From the human T2T-CHM13v2.0 reference genome, Homo sapiens: a DNA stretch of 64,000 nucleotides. The stretch lies in assembly GCF_009914755.1 (NCBI RefSeq), contig NC_060936.1, one strand, 5' to 3'. This document shows positions 60,351 through 64,000 of this stretch, in pieces. Numbering within the stretch: position 1 is the first letter of the stretch; each line of letters begins with the position of its first letter. The notes under the pieces were generated by a model, which was not told the origin of the DNA, did no database searches, and saw only the letters and a program-made list of their open reading frames with translations. Position numbers and translations under genes: made by a program.

Positions 60351-61003
60351 TGAAAATAAAGGAAGAGCATTCTCTCACTCCTTTTCTTGGAGCATTTACT
60401 TTAGAAAGCTTATAAAAGTTCCTTTTCTGGTTTTTTTGAAATGTATATAAATTTTTCCGGAAGCTAAAAAAGCATCTTGCCAGCTTTGTGATCCAGGGAT
60501 GTCTTTCTCAAGGACCTAGGCTCCATATCTTTGAAGTATAAACATCAAGGAAGATAGCACCCTTGCCTCTCAGTCTCTGTGGGAGGGTAGGAGCCTAACT
60601 TTAGCCAGGGCCTGGCTCCAAGTTGCAAAGCTGCCTCCTGTCATAAAGATGTATGTTTTTCTTTTATATAAAATCAAGTTTCTAATATAGATGGTCTTCC
60701 TAATTACACAGTGAATTTAGGATGAACTATGTATAATAAATGGTGCCGTCAGCATTCTTGCTTGAGGACTAGTTATTATTTATCTTGAGAACATGAATGT
60801 AATCATTTGTTACTGCCTAGCTACATAAAATGGTGAGATTTCTTTCTGTCTTTGCAATCTCTTAGTGGATTGCCTGCAATATCATATCTCTGTTTAATAT
60901 TTATTCAATAATAAAACTGTTTTCATTTTCTGCTGCATTTGTGGAGAAGTTTTCTGGGTTGGGAGAATAATTTGTTTTTGTTTTTACTTATATTTCTCTA
61001 ACA
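60351..61003 (+). mobile_element. ERV1 solo LTR (MER34/LTR49-like)
   Basis: GTCTTTCTCAAGGACCT, GGGAGGGTAGGAGCCTAACTT, TTCAATAATAAAACTG, terminal TATATTTCTCTAACA. Confidence 0.7.
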
Positions 61004-61497
61004 ATATTTGGTCAAAAAATGGTTCTCTCAGAAAGAAGGAATTGTTCTTGTGTATTAGCAGGCATTAGGCAATTTGCTGCCACTGGAAAATTTGGATTTT
61101 ATTGAGAGAGAAGGAAGGAGGGGTTGTTACACAGTTAGGAGCTAAGATCTTGTGCAAAAGATGGTGGAGAAGAGCAGCTGGGGGAGACAGGAGGGAAGCA
61201 AAGACATGTGAGGACCACAGTGGAGAATTCTCATTTCTTCAATGCCTGTTACGCTGGGTTACAGAAATTAGCAAACATAATTATTTATTGATCTTAATTC
61301 TCCCTCTCCCACAAACACACTGACATCAAAAGGATTGTATGATTCATAGTTGAATCCTCAGCATCTAGAATTTTCTACCATCTAATAGATACTGAAATTA
61401 ATAACTGATAAACTTTGCCCAGTCTTAGGCCTCTACCACAAATTAATTTTAGAACAGATCTAGATATTTTACAATATGCTGGTAAAAAGCTGAGGTC

Positions 61498-61716
61498 ACG
61501 GCCTGGGCAACATAGTGACATCCTGTCTCCAAAAAAATCTAAAAAAACATAGCTGACTGTAGTGGCACACATCTGTAGGTCCAGCTACTCAGGAGGCTGA
61601 GCTGGGAGGATCACCTGAGCTCAGGAAGATTGAGGCTACATCATACCACTGCTCTCCAGCCTGGGTAACAGAGCAAACCCGTCTTGAAAAATAGATAAAT
61701 AAATAAGTAAATAATA
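61498..61716 (+). mobile_element. 5'-truncated AluJ
   Basis: Partial dimer, (TAAA)n tail, TSD AAAAGCTGAGGTC. Confidence 0.9.
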
Positions 61717-61751
61717 AAAGCTGAGGTCTTACAGATGAAAATGAACTTTTA

Positions 61752-62071
61752 GGACAGGCGCGGTGACTCACGCCTGTAATATCAACACTTTGGGAGGTCA
61801 AGGCCAAAGCGGGCAGATCGCTTGAGCTCAAGAGTTGGAGAACAGTCTGGACAACACGGAAGAAACCCTGTCTCTACAAAACATACAAAAATTATCTGGG
61901 CGCGGTGGCTTGAAACTTTAGTCCCAGTTATTCAGGAGACTGAGGTGGGAAGATCACTTTAGCCTGGGAGGCGGAGGTTGCAGTGAGCTGAGATCACACC
62001 ACTGCCCTCCACCCTGGGTGACAGAGTAAGACCTTGTCTCTAAATAAATAAATAAACAAACAAACAAACAA
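61752..62071 (+). mobile_element. AluJ-type element
   Basis: Full dimer, (TAAA)n(CAAA)n tail, AACTTTTA flanks. Confidence 0.92.
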
Positions 62072-63414
62072 ACTTTTATGTATTTAATGATCTTATTTCT
62101 CAGATCCTTTGTTAAAAAGAGTAACTGGGCTCACAAGAATCTATAATCATCTGAAATCATCAATTTCAATTTGCTTTAGCAATTTAGCTTTTTTCCTGTG
62201 GTAGTTTTGTTTAGTTAGTTGGTACTTTGGTTCGGTTTGATTTTTAATCTCTATTTTAATATTCTCTCTGCTCACCGTCCTAGCACCTTTTCATTATCAA
62301 ACATTTCTTCATTGTGCACATGTTCCATAGTTTTTCCAATAATAGATCATTATGTAGGGTTCTCCCTAAAGGACAAAGATGGTAAAAGGAAGAACACAGA
62401 GAGTTAAAGAAATCAAACGACATGGTTAAAGAAATAATAATCTCAACTCAATTTATCTTAGTTAATTTGCTATTAGCATCATCAGTGCTTGCATCTTACT
62501 TATATTGCAGATCCACTTGGAAGAAAATACTGTTTTCTATGTGCTTGCCATAGCATAAATGCAATATTGCAAGGAATCTCATAAAAATTTCCCTTCTTTT
62601 ATTCTTGTTAGATGTGGCTCTGTAACTTTGAAAATTCCTTTTCAAGGTTACGTTCTGGGATTTACAGCTCTGAAACATGAAGTTGGTGAATACATAACTA
62701 ACTCCCTTTGCTTAAAAAAAAGTCAAGCATATGGGAGATGAATGTATAGTGAATGCTTTCTCGAAGACAAACACAAATAATTAGCTATGGAATCTCACAA
62801 TTACAGAAAAGCAGGAAGGATATATAGTCTAAATCACACATATAGAGATTGGAAAATGAATGGCTCAAATATAATTTACAACTGAAGAAATGGAATTTTG
62901 AAAATGAAAGAACGTTGCTGAATTTTGCTTTAAAAACTTAGGAAAGGAGACGGGATGACTAGAAAAGGTGAGGGAAAGACCGAAGTTGATACAGTGGCAA
63001 CAAGAAAGTAGATCATCATAGAAGCAGAGAAGCTGATACACAAAACGGGCACATTAGTAGAATAGCTGTTGGTGTGCAAGACTTGCCCTTGTGTCAAGGA
63101 TGTTTCCATTCCATGACACCAACCAACAGATTGCTTGGACTGTTTCTTACACTTCTCTACTTTATCTTCCCTCCTTATAAAACAGCCCCATCCCCTGAAG
63201 AGCTTGAATGAAAACTCAAAATTCACTATTTAGCACAACGTAAACTCCAGATATTACAAAACTGTCTCACTTTAAAATATTTTCTCCATTGTCTCCCCTA
63301 CTATACTTGTACTTAGCAGATTATGTGGATGAATTTTTGGTTTTTAAAAATAGTGTTCTAATAAGGGATTGTAAATGTTGTTTACAGAAAACAAAAGTTA
63401 AAGAAATAACTGGA

Positions 63415-63720
63415 GGCCAGGTTTTGTGACTCTCATGCCTGTAATCCTAGCACTTTGGGAGGCTGAGGTGAGCGGATCGCTTGAGCCCAGGAGTTCGAGA
63501 GAGGTCTGGGCAACATGGTGAAAACCTATCTCTACAAAAAATACAAAAATTAGCCAGGCGTGGCGGTGTGTGCCTGTAGTCCCAGCTACTTGGGGGACTG
63601 AGGCAGGATTGCTTGAACCCTGGTGGTCGAGACTGTGGTGAGCAGAGATGGCACCACTGCACTCCAGCCTGGGCGACAGAGGGAGACCCTGTCTCAAAAA
63701 AAAAAAAAAAAAAAAAAGAT
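63415..63720 (+). mobile_element. AluJ-type element
   Basis: Full dimer with long A-tail. Confidence 0.93.
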
Positions 63721-64000
63721 AGAGAGAAAGAGAAACGACTGGAACAAACACTTACAAAGCAGTAAGATAAATTTCTGTCTCAATTATGATTGCTTTGAAT
63801 TTCTTCATCAATTTTTCCTTTACATAATCCAATTCCTAGTAAAAATAGGTTTCAAGAAAACTGAGAATTTAAAGATATGGCTTTCTCATTCTTAGTATAC
63901 ATAACCTCATGGTATTGGACACTCTTACCATTACCATCCACCTATCAGGAAAGATGCTTATATAGCCCTAGAAAATGCCATACCCAGCCCAGAGAGCAGC

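Overview
Primate genomic DNA, almost certainly human because it carries a near-consensus AluYa5. It is AT-rich and repeat-dense, with no intact cellular protein-coding gene that I can support. Positions 1-5808 are a HERV-H provirus: LTR7-type LTRs, a tRNA-His primer binding site, gag broken by only one stop codon, pro and the RT N-terminus deleted, RT C-terminus and RNase H open, a dead integrase and an env TM remnant. The standout is an intronless, decayed double-homeobox (DUX) gene on the minus strand at about 12476-13781. Manual translation across stops and frameshifts gives DUXC/DUX4-like homeodomains, a DUXB-like middle region and a DUX4/DUXC-type C-terminal activation motif in one sequence, consistent with a fossil of an ancestral DUXC-type gene. 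The rest is nested L1, Alu, LTR and DNA-transposon debris with several local rearrangement signatures. Family and subfamily names and protein comparisons come from remembered consensus sequences, not from searches, and boundaries of old repeats are approximate.
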